The notes under the pieces were generated by a model. That model had not been told where the DNA came from, searched no databases, and worked only from the letters and a program-made list of their open reading frames with translations. The position numbers and the translations under genes were made by a program. A DNA stretch of 39,557 nt from the IMG/VR virus record IMGVR_UViG_3300029875_000298; one strand, written 5' to 3'. This stretch comes from a virus. Lineage: Duplodnaviria; Heunggongvirae; Uroviricota; Caudoviricetes. Shown here in pieces: positions 26,734 through 37,983 of this stretch (within the stretch, counting starts at the first letter, position 1; every line of letters starts with the position of its first letter).

Positions 26734-27829
26734 ACGGCTGCGTGATGAATCAATTGCTCATGCAGTCTGGATATCCCGCTATAGCACTGGTGTGGCTGCC
26801 AGAATGGTGAAAATACTGAATGACAGCGATGCGGAGCTTACAGCTCGCCTGCTGGTAGCACTGGACAGCCTCGATCCTAGTAGTTTTACCGTTACGCGCC
26901 TGGAGTCACTTCTGGCGAGTGTCAGAGAGGTTAACCGCACTGCTATTAACAGCATGTTTACCAGTCTCTCCGGAGAGCTGAACGAGCTGGCAATTTATGA
27001 GGTTGGTTATCAGTTAAGTCTGTTTGATTCTCTGCTACCTGATTTTGTTGCTGATGTTCACCCTCTGGTTGGTATCTCTTCTGATGCACTTTACGCCGCT
27101 GCAATGGCGCGACCATTCCAGGGACGACTGCTCAGTGAGTGGGCCTCAGATCTTGAGGCGGATCGGCTCAGACGCATAACAAATACGGTGCGTCAGGGTT
27201 TTTTGCTGGGGGATACCAATGAGCAGATCGCAAGAAAAATTCGGGGACATGTCAGTAAGGGATTTCAGGATGGTGCATTGCAGATGAGCCGGGCTAATGC
27301 GGCCGGCATTGCAAAAACAGCGGTTGGACATCTTGCTGCTACTGCTCGTGAGAGTTTTGCACGCGCGAATAATGATTTGATTAAGGGTAAGCAATGGTTA
27401 TCAACGCTTGATAATCGTACTACGCCACAATGTCGAATCAGGGATCGCCTCAAATATACGCTGGATAATAAACCTGTAGGTCACAGCGTGCCTTATTTGC
27501 AGGGGCCGGGAAAAATTCATTTCTGCTGCCGCTCAACGGAAACGTTCATTCTGAAATCAGCGAAGGAACTGGGTATTGATGTTCGTGATATTTCCCCGGC
27601 TGAGCGGGTCAGCATGGATGGCGTGGTGGCCGGAGATACAACCTACAGGGAATGGTTTTTGCGTCAGCCTTACACCAGACAAAAACAGATTGTGGGGGAA
27701 ACCCGGGCAAAGCTGATTCGGGATGGTGGTATGTCGCCAGATGAATTTTACACCGATAAAGGCGAATGGCTGACGCTGAAGCAACTCCGTGAGCGTGATG
27801 CACAGGTATTCAGAAAAGCAGGGATTTAA
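26714..27829 (+). CDS. head morphogenesis protein (Mu gpF / SPP1 gp7-like minor head protein), 371 aa
   Basis: Position after the portal gene; family recalled from general sequence character only. Confidence 0.65.
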   Translation: MMQTVNERLRDESIAHAVWISRYSTGVAARMVKILNDSDAELTARLLVALDSLDPSSFTVTRLESLLASVREVNRTAINSMFTSLSGELNELAIYEVGYQLSLFDSLLPDFVADVHPLVGISSDALYAAAMARPFQGRLLSEWASDLEADRLRRITNTVRQGFLLGDTNEQIARKIRGHVSKGFQDGALQMSRANAAGIAKTAVGHLAATARESFARANNDLIKGKQWLSTLDNRTTPQCRIRDRLKYTLDNKPVGHSVPYLQGPGKIHFCCRSTETFILKSAKELGIDVRDISPAERVSMDGVVAGDTTYREWFLRQPYTRQKQIVGETRAKLIRDGGMSPDEFYTDKGEWLTLKQLRERDAQVFRKAGI

Positions 27830-27933
27830 ATAAATCATTTATTACAACAGGCTACCTTCGGGTGGCCTTTTTTATTGCTGCGATCCGGATGGTGAGCAGC
27901 GTAACTGTCGGAAGACTTAAACCAGGTACTAAT

Positions 27934-28698
27934 ATGAAACTGAAAACGGTCGAGATTAACGGAAAACAATACGCAGAAATTGATACTGCTGGCCTGCCAG
28001 TTTATGTGCACGACGATGGTAAAGAAATCGGCTTCGATGCACCGCTGGCGACAAAAAAAATTACAGAACTTAATGGCGAGGCAAAAAATCATCGCCTGGC
28101 TAAAGAAGCTGCAGAGGAAAAACTGGCTAAGTTTGCCGCTATCGAAGACCCGAAGAAGGCGATCGAGGCACTGGAAATGCTGTCAAAAATCGACCAGAAA
28201 AAGCTGATCGATGCGGGACAGGTTGACCAGGTTAAGGCTGAAATTACGAAAAATTTTCAGCAGCAATTAGATGAAGAAAAGCAACGCTCTCAGATGCTGG
28301 AGAAGCAGCTTTACGATTCTATGATTGGCGGTAGTTTTGCGGGTTCAAAATATATTGCCGATAAAATTGCGATCCCGGCAGATTTATTACAAGCCCGCTT
28401 CGGGCAGGCATTCAAAGTGGAAGAAGGGAAGATCGTTGCTTATGACGCTTCCGGCAACAAAATTTATTCCCGCGCGAAGCCTGGCGAACTGGCGCAGTTT
28501 GATGAGGCGCTGGAGTTCCTCGTCGAAAATTACCCTCAGAAAGACTACATCCTGAAAGCCAGTGGCAACAATGGCGGCGGCTCCCGTCCGACACAGCATG
28601 ATATTGGTCAGAAAACGATGAAACGCTCTGCTTTTGATGCACTGGATGTTGCAGGTAAGCAAAACGCATTGAAAGACGGTATCACAATTGTTGATTAA
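27934..28698 (+). CDS. putative scaffolding protein, 254 aa
   Basis: Strongly helical, charged sequence (AKEAAEEKLAKFAAIEDPKKAIEALEMLSKIDQKKL...) immediately upstream of the major capsid gene; start taken at ATG 27934, the ORF track starts at 27862. Confidence 0.55.
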   Translation: MKLKTVEINGKQYAEIDTAGLPVYVHDDGKEIGFDAPLATKKITELNGEAKNHRLAKEAAEEKLAKFAAIEDPKKAIEALEMLSKIDQKKLIDAGQVDQVKAEITKNFQQQLDEEKQRSQMLEKQLYDSMIGGSFAGSKYIADKIAIPADLLQARFGQAFKVEEGKIVAYDASGNKIYSRAKPGELAQFDEALEFLVENYPQKDYILKASGNNGGGSRPTQHDIGQKTMKRSAFDALDVAGKQNALKDGITIVD

Positions 28699-28796
28699 CA
28701 CATTTGTCAGCTTCCGGATGGGAGCTGGTGTCAGGGCTGGATAGCTCATTACTCCATCTATTCACAATTACGCAAATTTTTAAGGAATATTTAATT

Positions 28797-29936
28797 ATGG
28801 CTGGAAATACCCTGACCGGGTTGATCCCGACTATTTATACCGCCCTGGATGTTGTATCCCGTGAGCAGGTAGGTTTTATCCCTGCGGTAGCAAAAAACGC
28901 AAAAGCTGACGCCGCAGCAAAAGATCAGACGGTAACCGCGCCAGTTGCGCCTGAGGCGAAAACCGAAGATATCGTACCGGGGCCGTCAGCTCCGAATACC
29001 GGTGATCAAAATATTGGCACTGTTGATGTGAAAATTACTAAATCCAAAATGGCACCGGTTAAATGGAATGGTGAAGAACAACTGGCTCTTGGCCCTTCAG
29101 GGACTTACAACACCATTCTGGCTGATCAGTTCAAGCAGGCTTTTCGCGCCCTTGCAAACGAGGTTGAGGCTGATCTTGGTGCGTTGTATTTCGGTGCTTC
29201 CCGCGCCGTGGGAACCGCAGGGACAACGCCGTTTGGTGTTAAAGATGATCTTTCTGATGCTGCTCTGGCTCGTCAGGTTCTGGAGGATAACGGCGCACCG
29301 ACAACCGATCTGCAGATGGTGCTTGGCTCCACTGCCATTGCTAATTTGCGCGGAAAACAGTCTGTACTGTTTAAAGTGAATGAATCCGGCACTGAACAGC
29401 TACTGCGTGAGGGCGTGTTGGGGCGTCTGGAGGGATTCAATATTCACAGTTCGGCAGGTGTAAAACGAGCGCCAAAGGTTGCTGCAACTGGTTATCTCGT
29501 GAATGGCGAGAAAAAAGAAGGCGATGTTCTTATTTCCATTGATACTGGTTCGGGGAGTATTTCTGCAGGTCAGATTGTTACGTTCGCTGGCGATCCGAAT
29601 CAGTATGTTGTGGCAGCAGCGACCAGCAATCTGATTACTCTTGCAGCGCCCGGACTGCGTCAGGATCTGGCCGATGATACTGCAATCACAGTTGTTGGCT
29701 CCTTTACTGCAAATATGGCGTTTGATCGCAACGCGTTTCTGCTGGCATCCCGTACTCCGGCAATGCCGGAAGGTGGCGATAATGCTGATGATGTAATGAA
29801 TGTTACGGACCCGATTTCAGGGATTACGTTCCAGATTGCACTGTATCGTCAGTATCGCCAGGTGCGCTATGAAGTTGGACTGGCATGGGGTGTTTCATCA
29901 GTGAAGCCGGCACATGGTTGTCTGATTCTTGGTTAA
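28797..29936 (+). CDS. major capsid protein, 379 aa
   Basis: ATG at 28797 with AAGGA RBS; followed by a strong terminator-like hairpin; position between scaffold and head-tail joining genes. Confidence 0.7.
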   Translation: MAGNTLTGLIPTIYTALDVVSREQVGFIPAVAKNAKADAAAKDQTVTAPVAPEAKTEDIVPGPSAPNTGDQNIGTVDVKITKSKMAPVKWNGEEQLALGPSGTYNTILADQFKQAFRALANEVEADLGALYFGASRAVGTAGTTPFGVKDDLSDAALARQVLEDNGAPTTDLQMVLGSTAIANLRGKQSVLFKVNESGTEQLLREGVLGRLEGFNIHSSAGVKRAPKVAATGYLVNGEKKEGDVLISIDTGSGSISAGQIVTFAGDPNQYVVAAATSNLITLAAPGLRQDLADDTAITVVGSFTANMAFDRNAFLLASRTPAMPEGGDNADDVMNVTDPISGITFQIALYRQYRQVRYEVGLAWGVSSVKPAHGCLILG

Positions 29937-29946
29937 ACATTCAAAC

Positions 29947-29967
29947 GGGGCTTCGGCCCCATTTTTA
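29947..29967 (+). terminator. intrinsic terminator-like hairpin after the major capsid gene
   Basis: GGGGC-TTCG-GCCCC followed by ATTTTTA, 11 nt after the capsid stop. Confidence 0.5.
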
Positions 29968-29978
29968 ATGGAGGGCAT

Positions 29979-30155
29979 ATGGCCGGATTAACTAAAGAGC
30001 AAAGAGCACAGCGTGAAGCCGCACAAAAAACGCAAATTGAGTTAGTGGTTATGGTGACCGATTATCAGATGTTTCCCGGCGCACCAACTATCGCTAATGT
30101 TCATCCTGATGAAGTTGACAACTGGAAGGCTATGGGCTGGAAAACTCAGGAGTAA
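29979..30155 (+). CDS. hypothetical small protein, 58 aa (below ORF-track cutoff)
   Basis: Hand translation MAGLTKEQRAQREAAQKTQIELVVMVTDYQMFPGAPTIANVHPDEVDNWKAMGWKTQE; GGAGGG RBS 4 nt upstream; fills the gap between the capsid gene and the next gene. Confidence 0.35.
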   Translation: MAGLTKEQRAQREAAQKTQIELVVMVTDYQMFPGAPTIANVHPDEVDNWKAMGWKTQE

Positions 30156-30158
30156 CAC

Positions 30159-30554
30159 ATGATCACTTACGTGACCTGTGATGACGTTGATAATGCGTTT
30201 GGGAACGCCTGGACGAGTGAGAACGCTAAAAATAAAGCTGTTTTAATGGCTAATGCCTGGCTTAATGGCTTCAACCTGAAAATTAACCCATCCCGTATTC
30301 CGGAAGAGGTAAAACTTGCGGGAGCATATGCAGCCAGAATTGCCTCATTCGGTAAGTTGTTTCAGCAGAAAAATGATTCTGGCGTTGTTATCAGTAAAGC
30401 CGTGTCGGCTGACGGGGTCAGTGTATCGAAATCATTTGCTGAGTTGCCAGCAAACAGCACTGCATTGCTTGAACCCGATTTACAGCTTGCGATAGCACTG
30501 CTGAAACCGTACGGACTTAGTCGCTCACAAGTCAGGGTTGTGAGGGGGGGATAA
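30159..30554 (+). CDS. putative head-tail connector / head completion protein, 131 aa
   Basis: Position in the head-tail joining block; CAGGAG RBS. Confidence 0.45.
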   Translation: MITYVTCDDVDNAFGNAWTSENAKNKAVLMANAWLNGFNLKINPSRIPEEVKLAGAYAARIASFGKLFQQKNDSGVVISKAVSADGVSVSKSFAELPANSTALLEPDLQLAIALLKPYGLSRSQVRVVRGG

Positions 30555-30937
30555 TGGGGCTTCGTGAAGAGATTCAGTCAGAGGTTGCCGCTGCTTTTGA
30601 TGAGGATTTAGCGGACGCCGTGAGTGATTTTTCTGGTTCTTACGTTACGCACCGGCACTGGGATCCTGTGACGGAAACTGGCGGCGAATCCACCGCAATC
30701 TATACCGGGCGAGGCGTGTTGACACGTTATAAGCTGGGCAGAATTGATGGGATTAATATTTTGCATGGTGACCTTAAATTAACCGCTCTGGTATGCGAGG
30801 TTACGGATAAACCCGCTGTCGACCATATTATTGAGATTTATGATCCTGTATCAAGGCAGTTACAACGATACGAGGTAATTACAGCGAGTGTAGATCCTTC
30901 CGCATCAGTTTACTCTATCCAGTTAAGGAGAGCGTAA
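30554..30937 (+). CDS. putative head closure / head-tail joining protein, 127 aa
   Basis: Translationally coupled (ATG overlaps the upstream stop); position. Confidence 0.45.
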   Translation: MGLREEIQSEVAAAFDEDLADAVSDFSGSYVTHRHWDPVTETGGESTAIYTGRGVLTRYKLGRIDGINILHGDLKLTALVCEVTDKPAVDHIIEIYDPVSRQLQRYEVITASVDPSASVYSIQLRRA

Positions 30938-31318
30938 ATGGCAAAGGCATGGGATATAGAACCGTCAATATTTGCCGGGATGATTGAGGAAGATGTGGGG
31001 CTGAAGATTCGCTACATCGCTATGCAGATTCTTACTGCTATTGATATTGCTGCTCCGGTTGATACCGGACGTTTCAGAAATAACAACCTGGTGTCGTTAC
31101 AGCATCCCGATTTTGGTATATCTGATAACGTGGATCCGAACGGTACGATTGCGGTTCAGCGTGGGATCGGGGTTATTTCGAAAGCTGCAAATTACGGAGT
31201 TATTTATATCCAGAATAACCTTCCTTATGCAGAGGCTCTTGAAAACGGTCATTCACAACAAGCGCCAACTGGCGTGTATGCCAACGCTTTTCATGGTGTT
31301 TTACAGGCTTACAAATGA
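30938..31318 (+). CDS. putative tail completion protein (HK97 gp10-like), 126 aa
   Basis: AAGGAG RBS; position; family recalled loosely. Confidence 0.45.
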   Translation: MAKAWDIEPSIFAGMIEEDVGLKIRYIAMQILTAIDIAAPVDTGRFRNNNLVSLQHPDFGISDNVDPNGTIAVQRGIGVISKAANYGVIYIQNNLPYAEALENGHSQQAPTGVYANAFHGVLQAYK

Positions 31319-31707
31319 CGTTTACTGAAATCAGAAATACGGTTATTTCCAGAATGACGGCACAGACGATTATTGATGGAAAAGACGTATTGTATCCGAA
31401 CGGGCCAACGTTCGATCCTTCCGGTAAATTAATCTGGGCGCGGTTAAGTAATATTCCCGGGCAGGCTGGAGTTAATGAAATTGGCGCGGGGCCGGTTGTT
31501 TATCGCACGGGGATAATCATTATTCAGTTATTTGTCCCCGCAGGTTCTGGTTCAAAACTCATTACTGAGACAGCCGATAAATTGCGGGAACTGTTTGAGT
31601 TTCAGGATGACGATCGTCTCAGTTACCAGGCTGTTTCCTCAATAGCCGTTGGCGAAAAGAATGGCTGGTTCCAGCTTAATCTTCAAATTCCATATCGCGC
31701 GCTCTAG
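31315..31707 (+). CDS. putative tail terminator / tail-tube joining protein, 130 aa
   Basis: Overlapping start (ATGA) and position immediately before the major tail gene. Confidence 0.45.
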   Translation: MTFTEIRNTVISRMTAQTIIDGKDVLYPNGPTFDPSGKLIWARLSNIPGQAGVNEIGAGPVVYRTGIIIIQLFVPAGSGSKLITETADKLRELFEFQDDDRLSYQAVSSIAVGEKNGWFQLNLQIPYRAL

Positions 31708-31733
31708 CGCAATTAATGACATAGGAGGCTCCT

Positions 31734-32696
31734 GTGAGTTCAGGTGCAAAGGTTATCTCGGCATTTATCCGGGAGACAGTTGCAGGCACTACGCCAGCAA
31801 GTGGTGACTGGAGTTTATTAAAACGAACAAGCTGGGGAGTAAAACCCACCCAGAATAAAGGCGAAAATAATGAGATTGGTGGCTCCCGGATGGCTCAGGG
31901 GGCGACGCCTGGCACTGTGGATGTCGGCGGTGATGTTGGTACCAAATTTCGCTGGGGTCAACATGATGATTTTCTTGCATCCTGTTTCGGCGCGGAATGG
32001 TCAGGCGATTCTCTGACAATGGGGAATGAGCGAATAACATTTTCTCTGGCGACCTATGCGTCCGATGTCGGAATTGCCTCTGTCGTCAGAGGAGCGCAGG
32101 TTGGCTCATGGAAAATGCAGATCCCTAACGACGGCGATATTACAGCGACCGTAACCTTTGCCGGGCTGGACTGGGAATCAAAGGCCGATGATACGAATTT
32201 TATCAAAGGCGAACCTGTGGATAGTGCAGGAAAGCTACGTTATTCGTTTAAGGAGGTTTCAGCAGTAAGCCTGAATGGTGTTGCCGGAGGTAACGGTTTT
32301 TGTATCGACAGTTTTGATATTCAGTTCGATAACAAACTCCAGACACAGCGTTGTATCGGGACTGGCTCGCCTTATGCAGGAGCAAATATTCCGACTACTT
32401 TTACACCGTCCGGTACGGTGACGCTTTCATGGTCTAAAGCTGCGTGGGAAATCTGGAGTAAAACACTGACTGGAGAAACAGTTCCGTTCAGCTTCACGCT
32501 TTCGAATGGAGAGGGGGCATACACTTTCAGTTTCCCGAAGGTTCAGGTGTCAGGTGAATGGCCTGATGGGGGTAATACCGACATTATCCAGGTTCAATTG
32601 AGCATTACCGCAGCAGATGAAGCACCTACGATAACCAGAAAAAAAGCCTCCCCGGCTGCCGTGATCGCAAAAGCCAGTGCTGAGGCGATTAGTTGA
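31734..32696 (+). CDS. major tail (tube) protein, 320 aa, GTG start
   Basis: GTG at 31734 preceded by TAGGAGG; position before the chaperone/frameshift pair and tape measure gene. Confidence 0.65.
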   Translation: MSSGAKVISAFIRETVAGTTPASGDWSLLKRTSWGVKPTQNKGENNEIGGSRMAQGATPGTVDVGGDVGTKFRWGQHDDFLASCFGAEWSGDSLTMGNERITFSLATYASDVGIASVVRGAQVGSWKMQIPNDGDITATVTFAGLDWESKADDTNFIKGEPVDSAGKLRYSFKEVSAVSLNGVAGGNGFCIDSFDIQFDNKLQTQRCIGTGSPYAGANIPTTFTPSGTVTLSWSKAAWEIWSKTLTGETVPFSFTLSNGEGAYTFSFPKVQVSGEWPDGGNTDIIQVQLSITAADEAPTITRKKASPAAVIAKASAEAIS

Positions 32697-32744
32697 TTTT
32701 CCGTTATTCCCCCTGTGGTACTGCACTACAGGGGGGCGCATTGA

Positions 32745-33206
32745 ATGAGGTTATGGATGTTTATTCTTAATCAGAAAATTATCATCGGTGGTGAACGCTG
32801 GTTTACCCCAATGAAGGACTTAAAACCTGTAGACGGGTTAAAACTGTTGGTGGCAAGCAGCGATAACGATCAGTATCGCTCCCGTAATGCATTAATCCGT
32901 CGCCACATTGAGAAAATGGATGCCAGTTTGCACGTCGGAACGAAGGAGTTTGATATTGCAAAGGTTTCCGAGGTGGATTCTGTTGATGATTTACTCATTG
33001 ATAATGCTGCTCGTTATCTGCTGAAAGACTGGAAAGGGGTTGGTGAACTGGTTGATGGTGTTGAGGTTGCACTGGAATATACGCCAGAACGAGGGATCGC
33101 GCTGCTTAAGCAGAATCCGGAGTTGTACTGGCAGATCCTTGCAGAAGCAGCCAGCATCGCCCAGGGTAAAGAGCAGCAGAAGCAGGATACGATAAAAAAG
33201 CCATAG
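32745..33206 (+). CDS. tail assembly chaperone (lambda G analogue)
   Basis: Position between the tail tube and tape measure genes; ends with the slippery heptamer A-AAA-AAG. Start uncertain (ATG at 32745, 32757 or 32811). Confidence 0.6.
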   Translation: MRLWMFILNQKIIIGGERWFTPMKDLKPVDGLKLLVASSDNDQYRSRNALIRRHIEKMDASLHVGTKEFDIAKVSEVDSVDDLLIDNAARYLLKDWKGVGELVDGVEVALEYTPERGIALLKQNPELYWQILAEAASIAQGKEQQKQDTIKKP

Positions 33207-33514
33207 CCGCCCAGCGGTGGTTATCGGAGTTCGGGGGAGAAAAGGGTGAAAAGGCAAGATGGAAGCGAGAAAAACTCAGGTTGCCACCGATACCGGAACC
33301 AGAAATAGACCCGGTGCTTAAGGAATTGTTGTACGCCTATTCGGTAATATCCCGTGCCCGACGTTATGCTGGAATGACTGGGGTGCCTTTGCCTTTATCT
33401 CTGACAGAGATAAATGAATATTTAGCCACTCATCCGGTATTGATTGAGCGCGATGAATTTGAAGCAGTGATCTTTGCACTGGATGACCAGTATTTTCAGG
33501 AGCAGTGTGTGTAG
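32745..33514 (+). CDS. tail assembly chaperone frameshift product (lambda G-T analogue) via programmed -1 frameshift near 33194-33200
   Basis: The -1 frame is open from the slippery site A-AAA-AAG (33194-33200) through 33514, and the ORF-track 77-aa ORF 33281..33514 is in exactly that frame. Confidence 0.5.
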
Positions 33515-33677
33515 TTGTTAATTACGTACACTCTGTTACAGAGATGTGATGGTGTCTTTAATTAAATCGATGATGCTCCTGGAGAAAAGCATTGCGTGGC
33601 CTCGTAATCGCTATATCTACTATTATGTCGCCTGAAACCCACTTCGGTGGGTTTTTTGTTGTCAGGAGTTTTAATAA

Positions 33678-36600
33678 ATGGCAGAGCAAACCTCGCGTCT
33701 CGCAATAATTATTGATAGCACTGGAGCGAAAAATAATGCTGACAATCTGACCTCCTCATTAGTCAAAATGACGCAGGCTGGGAAAACTGCTGCAAATAGC
33801 GCAGGGAAAGTGACTAAGGCAACAGAAGATGAGAAGAACGCGCTCGCAAAATTAAAAGCAGCTATTGATCCAGTTGGTGCCGCAATTGATACTGTCGGTC
33901 GACGCTATTCTGAATTAAAGAAATTTTTCGATAAAGGGCTTATTGATAAAGAAGAATATGAATTTCTTGTCCGTAAACTTAATGAAACCACAGAGGAATT
34001 GAGCGGGGTTGCGCAAGCGCAGAGAGAAGCCGAGAAGGCCGGAAAACTTGCTGCCGCCCAGCAGGAAGCGCAGGCTCAGGCCTTTCAAAGAATGCTGGAC
34101 AAGATCGACCCTCTGGCTGCGGCGCTAAGAAATCTTGAACAACAGCAGGATGAACTTAATGCTGCGTTTGCATCCGGGAAAATAAATGGTTCTCAGTTTG
34201 AGAATTATAGCCGAAAAATACAGGAAACACGGCGAGAGCTTACCGGAGAGGCTCAGGCAGAGCGAGAAGCAGCAAAAGCGCATGATGAACAGGTTGTTGC
34301 TTTGCAACGTCTGATTGCTCAACTTGACCCTGTCGGAACTGCTTTTAACCGCCTGACAGAGCAGCAAAAGCAACTCAGCGAAGCAAAAGCCAAGGGGATG
34401 CTTTCTCCTGAAATGTATGAGGAGCTTTCAGGAAAACTTCGTGCTATGCGGAGTGAGCTTGAGGCTACTCAATCGCAACTAAGCAAAACCGGAATGTCGG
34501 CAAAACAAACGGCTTTTGCTATGCGCATGTTGCCTGCACAAATGACGGATATTGTTGTTGGGTTGTCCACTGGTCAGTCGCCATTTATGGTGTTAATGCA
34601 GCAGGGCGGCCAGCTAAAAGATATGTTCGGTGGGATTGGCCCGGCAATCAAAGGTGTAGGTTCTTATGTGCTGGGATTAATTAATCCTTTTACCCTGGCC
34701 GCAGCAGCCGTTGGCGTCTTAGGGCTGGCTTACTATAAAGGCTCTCAGGAGCAGAACGAATTTAATAAATCTCTTATTCTTACCGGAAATCAGTTGGGGA
34801 CAACCAGCGGGCAATTGGCCGATATAGCTCAACGTGCCGGGAATGCGGCTGATTCGACAACTGGCGCTGCGGCGGCAGTATTAAACCAGCTTGTGCGTTC
34901 GGGAAAGGTAGCGAGCAGTTCGCTGGAGCAAGTGACGACAGCGATAGTAAAAACGAGCGAAGTAACAGGAATATCAACCGAACAACTGGTTAATGACTTC
35001 AATGAAATTGCAAAGGATCCTGTCAGTGCTATATCAAAACTTAATGATCAGTACCATTTTCTGACACTTGCGACTTATAACCAAATTAAGGCGCTACAGG
35101 ATGAAGGGAACCAGCAGGAGGCCGCCCGCATTGCGACAGAAGCATACTCATCCTCAATGATCCAGCGCACCAACCAGATTAAAGAAAATCTTGGTTATCT
35201 TGAGACTGCATGGAAAGCTGTCGCAGACTCCGCAAAATGGGCATGGGATTCCATGCTGGATATTGGCCGTGAGGCCTCCCTTGATCAAAAAATCTCAGAT
35301 GTTCTCCGTCAAATTGATGAAATAGAAAAAAATACCCGACCCGGAGTTTTCGGGTTAGGTGGCATTGGAGATGGCGGAGCTCAAAATAAAAAGCTGGCAC
35401 GATTAAAGCAGCAATTGGGCGTACTTCAAGCAGAAAAAATTGCTCAGGACGTACTAAATTCATCAATAAACGATTACAACAAGCGACAACAGGAAGGAAT
35501 TGAACTCAGACAGAGAGCAGATGCTTTTTCAAAACAATATCAGACCCGGGAGCAGCAGAGAGCTAGTGAACTTGCAAAACTGGAAAAGCTAAAGAATCAG
35601 TATTCAAAGGAAGAATATAATAATCTTATCGCTCAAATAAATGAGCGTTATAAAGATCCAAAGCAACCAAAGGCGAAAGGTTATTCGGATGATGCTGCCC
35701 AACGAATGATTGATCATCTGAATCAACAGAATGCGTTACTAAGTTCACAAGCTGAATTGACCGTTAAATTAAGTTCCTCTGAACAGGAACTGGTTAAGTG
35801 GCGTCAGCAGATTGCCGACCTGGAGTCACGACCGTCATCGAAATTAACCCAAGAGCAGAAATCACTTCTCTTACACCGGGAAGAAATAACCGCGTTGATG
35901 GAGAAAAATGTTGCGATTGAAAAAAATAACAGGCTAATCAAAGAATCCGCCGAAATAGCCGCATGGCGTGATTCATTGCAGGCTTCGATTGATAATCGTC
36001 AGCAGGGGTATGATATTCAGATTGCTGGTTATGGGGTTGGCGATAAAAATCAGCAACGCCAGCAGGAATTACTGCGGATTGAACGTGAATATAACAATCA
36101 GCGTCTGCAACTTGAACGTGACTATGCAGATAAATCCCGTGGAATGTCAAATCATGTTTTTCAGGAGAAAATGCAGGCTCTGAATGATGCTCTGGAACGA
36201 GAAAAAGAAATTGTCAGCCAGAAAAACGAGCAGCTCGATATTCTGGCAGGAGACTGGATTAGTGGTGCCTCCCAAGGATTCAATAACTGGCTGGATGACA
36301 CTAAGGATATCGGTGCGCAGATAAAATCAACCACGACTCAGATGTTTGATGGGATGACCGATGCGCTAGGTGATTTTGTCACGACAGGCAAGGCAAATTT
36401 TCGTTCTTTCGCTACTTCCGTGATTTCGGATCTTAGTCGAATTGCATTAAAGGCTTCAATCACTGGGATTTTCGACAGCATTAGTAACAGTTCTTCTGGG
36501 GGTATTTTAGGAACTATCGGGAGTGCTATTAGTAAATTTATTCCGAATGCAAAGGGCGGTGTTTATGAGTCTCCGTCATTGAGTACATATTCGAACGGTA

Positions 36601-36911
36601 TTTATGACTCCCCGCAATTTTTTGCTTTTGCAAAAGGAGCTGGTGTTTTTGGTGAGGCTGGACCGGAAGCTATTATGCCATTAACGCGAACTTCCGATGG
36701 TTCTCTTGGTGTCAGAGCTATTAATAGTGAAAGTGGTAATGGAGGCAGAGATATTACTTATGCCCCTGTATACCAAATCACTATTCAAAATGACGGCCAG
36801 AATGGAGAGATTGGTCCTCAGGCAATAAAAGCACTTATGGGGATGGTTGATCAGCGGGTGCAGGGCGCTCTGTTAAATATGCGACGTGATGGAGGAATGT
36901 TAAGTGGCTAA
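33678..36911 (+). CDS. tail tape measure protein (lambda H analogue), 1077 aa
   Basis: Very long, helical, repeat-rich ORF with hydrophobic segments, directly upstream of the lambda M/L/K/I/J homologues. Confidence 0.85.
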   Translation: MAEQTSRLAIIIDSTGAKNNADNLTSSLVKMTQAGKTAANSAGKVTKATEDEKNALAKLKAAIDPVGAAIDTVGRRYSELKKFFDKGLIDKEEYEFLVRKLNETTEELSGVAQAQREAEKAGKLAAAQQEAQAQAFQRMLDKIDPLAAALRNLEQQQDELNAAFASGKINGSQFENYSRKIQETRRELTGEAQAEREAAKAHDEQVVALQRLIAQLDPVGTAFNRLTEQQKQLSEAKAKGMLSPEMYEELSGKLRAMRSELEATQSQLSKTGMSAKQTAFAMRMLPAQMTDIVVGLSTGQSPFMVLMQQGGQLKDMFGGIGPAIKGVGSYVLGLINPFTLAAAAVGVLGLAYYKGSQEQNEFNKSLILTGNQLGTTSGQLADIAQRAGNAADSTTGAAAAVLNQLVRSGKVASSSLEQVTTAIVKTSEVTGISTEQLVNDFNEIAKDPVSAISKLNDQYHFLTLATYNQIKALQDEGNQQEAARIATEAYSSSMIQRTNQIKENLGYLETAWKAVADSAKWAWDSMLDIGREASLDQKISDVLRQIDEIEKNTRPGVFGLGGIGDGGAQNKKLARLKQQLGVLQAEKIAQDVLNSSINDYNKRQQEGIELRQRADAFSKQYQTREQQRASELAKLEKLKNQYSKEEYNNLIAQINERYKDPKQPKAKGYSDDAAQRMIDHLNQQNALLSSQAELTVKLSSSEQELVKWRQQIADLESRPSSKLTQEQKSLLLHREEITALMEKNVAIEKNNRLIKESAEIAAWRDSLQASIDNRQQGYDIQIAGYGVGDKNQQRQQELLRIEREYNNQRLQLERDYADKSRGMSNHVFQEKMQALNDALEREKEIVSQKNEQLDILAGDWISGASQGFNNWLDDTKDIGAQIKSTTTQMFDGMTDALGDFVTTGKANFRSFATSVISDLSRIALKASITGIFDSISNSSSGGILGTIGSAISKFIPNAKGGVYESPSLSTYSNGIYDSPQFFAFAKGAGVFGEAGPEAIMPLTRTSDGSLGVRAINSESGNGGRDITYAPVYQITIQNDGQNGEIGPQAIKALMGMVDQRVQGALLNMRRDGGMLSG

Positions 36912-37242
36912 TACGGAAGAATTTTACTGGTTACCAGAGGATGGAATGAAAACAGAAAATAAGCCATCGATAAAAACTGTAAGATTTGGCGATGGTTATG
37001 AACAACGAAGCCCAAACGGACTTAATCATTCTCTGCGTGTATTTACCTGTGATTTCAGGGTTGAGGCGAATGAACGTAATTCATTTGAACTGTTTCTGGC
37101 TCGGCATGGAGGCTATAAATCTTTTTTTTGGCGCCCGCCGGGTATTAACAGAAAAATCAGAGTGGTGTGTCGAACGTGGTCAGCGACAGAACATATCACC
37201 TATACCGATTTTTCATGTCAGTTTGACGAAGTGGTGATCTGA
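36904..37242 (+). CDS. M: minor tail protein M (lambda gpM-like), 112 aa
   Basis: [16 protein letters not shown]...[11 protein letters not shown]... resembles remembered lambda gpM (VRFGDGYSQRAPAGLN...GGWKSFLWTPP). Confidence 0.85.
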   Translation: MANTEEFYWLPEDGMKTENKPSIKTVRFGDGYEQRSPNGLNHSLRVFTCDFRVEANERNSFELFLARHGGYKSFFWRPPGINRKIRVVCRTWSATEHITYTDFSCQFDEVVI

Positions 37243-37893
37243 TGCAGGACATACGACAGGAAACACTGAATGAATGTATCCGTGCAGAGCAGTCGGCCAG
37301 CGTGGTGCTCTGGGAAATTAATCTGACAGAGGTCGGTGGGGAGCGTTACTTTTTCTGCAATGAGCAGAACGAAAAAGGTGAACCGGTTACCTGGCAGGGG
37401 CGAAAGTATCAGGCGTACCCCATTCAGGGAAGCGGCTTTGAGATGAACGGTAAGGGCAGCAGCGCACGTCCCACACTTAAGGTATCAAACCTGCACGGCA
37501 TGGTCACCGGGATGGCGGAAGATCTGCAGAGTCTGGTCGGCGGAACGGTGGTCCGGCGTAAGGTTTACGCCCGTTTTCTGGATGCGGTGAACTTCGTCAA
37601 CGGAAACAGAGACGCCGATCCGGAGCAGGAGGTGATCAGCCGCTGGCGCATCGAGCAGTGCAGCGAACTGAACGCGGTTAGCGCGGCCTTTGTACTGGCC
37701 ACGCCAACGGAAACGGATGGCGCTGTTTTTCCGGGGCGTATCATGCTGGCCAACACCTGCACCTGGACCTATCGCGGTGATGAGTGCGGTTATAACGGTC
37801 CGGCTGTTGCGGATGAATATGACCAGCCGACGTCCGATATCACGAAGGATAAATGCAGCAAATGCCTGAGCGGCTGTAAGTTTCGCAATAACG
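37242..37893 (+). CDS. L: minor tail protein L (lambda gpL-like), 3' end lost in an assembly gap
   Basis: [38 protein letters not shown]... matches remembered lambda L; the reading frame runs into the N run at 37894. Confidence 0.8.
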
Positions 37894-37983
37894 NNNNNNN
37901 NNNNNNNNNNNNNNNNNNNNNNNNNNNNNNNNNNNNNNNNNNNNNNNNNNNNNNNNNNNNNNNNNNNNNNNNNNNNNNNNNNN
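37894..37983. other. assembly gap (90 N)
   Basis: Continuous run of n from 37894 to 37983. Confidence 0.99.

Noticed and set aside
28412-28749. Minus-strand ORFs of 85 and 120 aa overlapping the scaffold gene and capsid start
   Set aside because: Antisense within the late structural operon; Arg/Cys-rich translations; no RBS.
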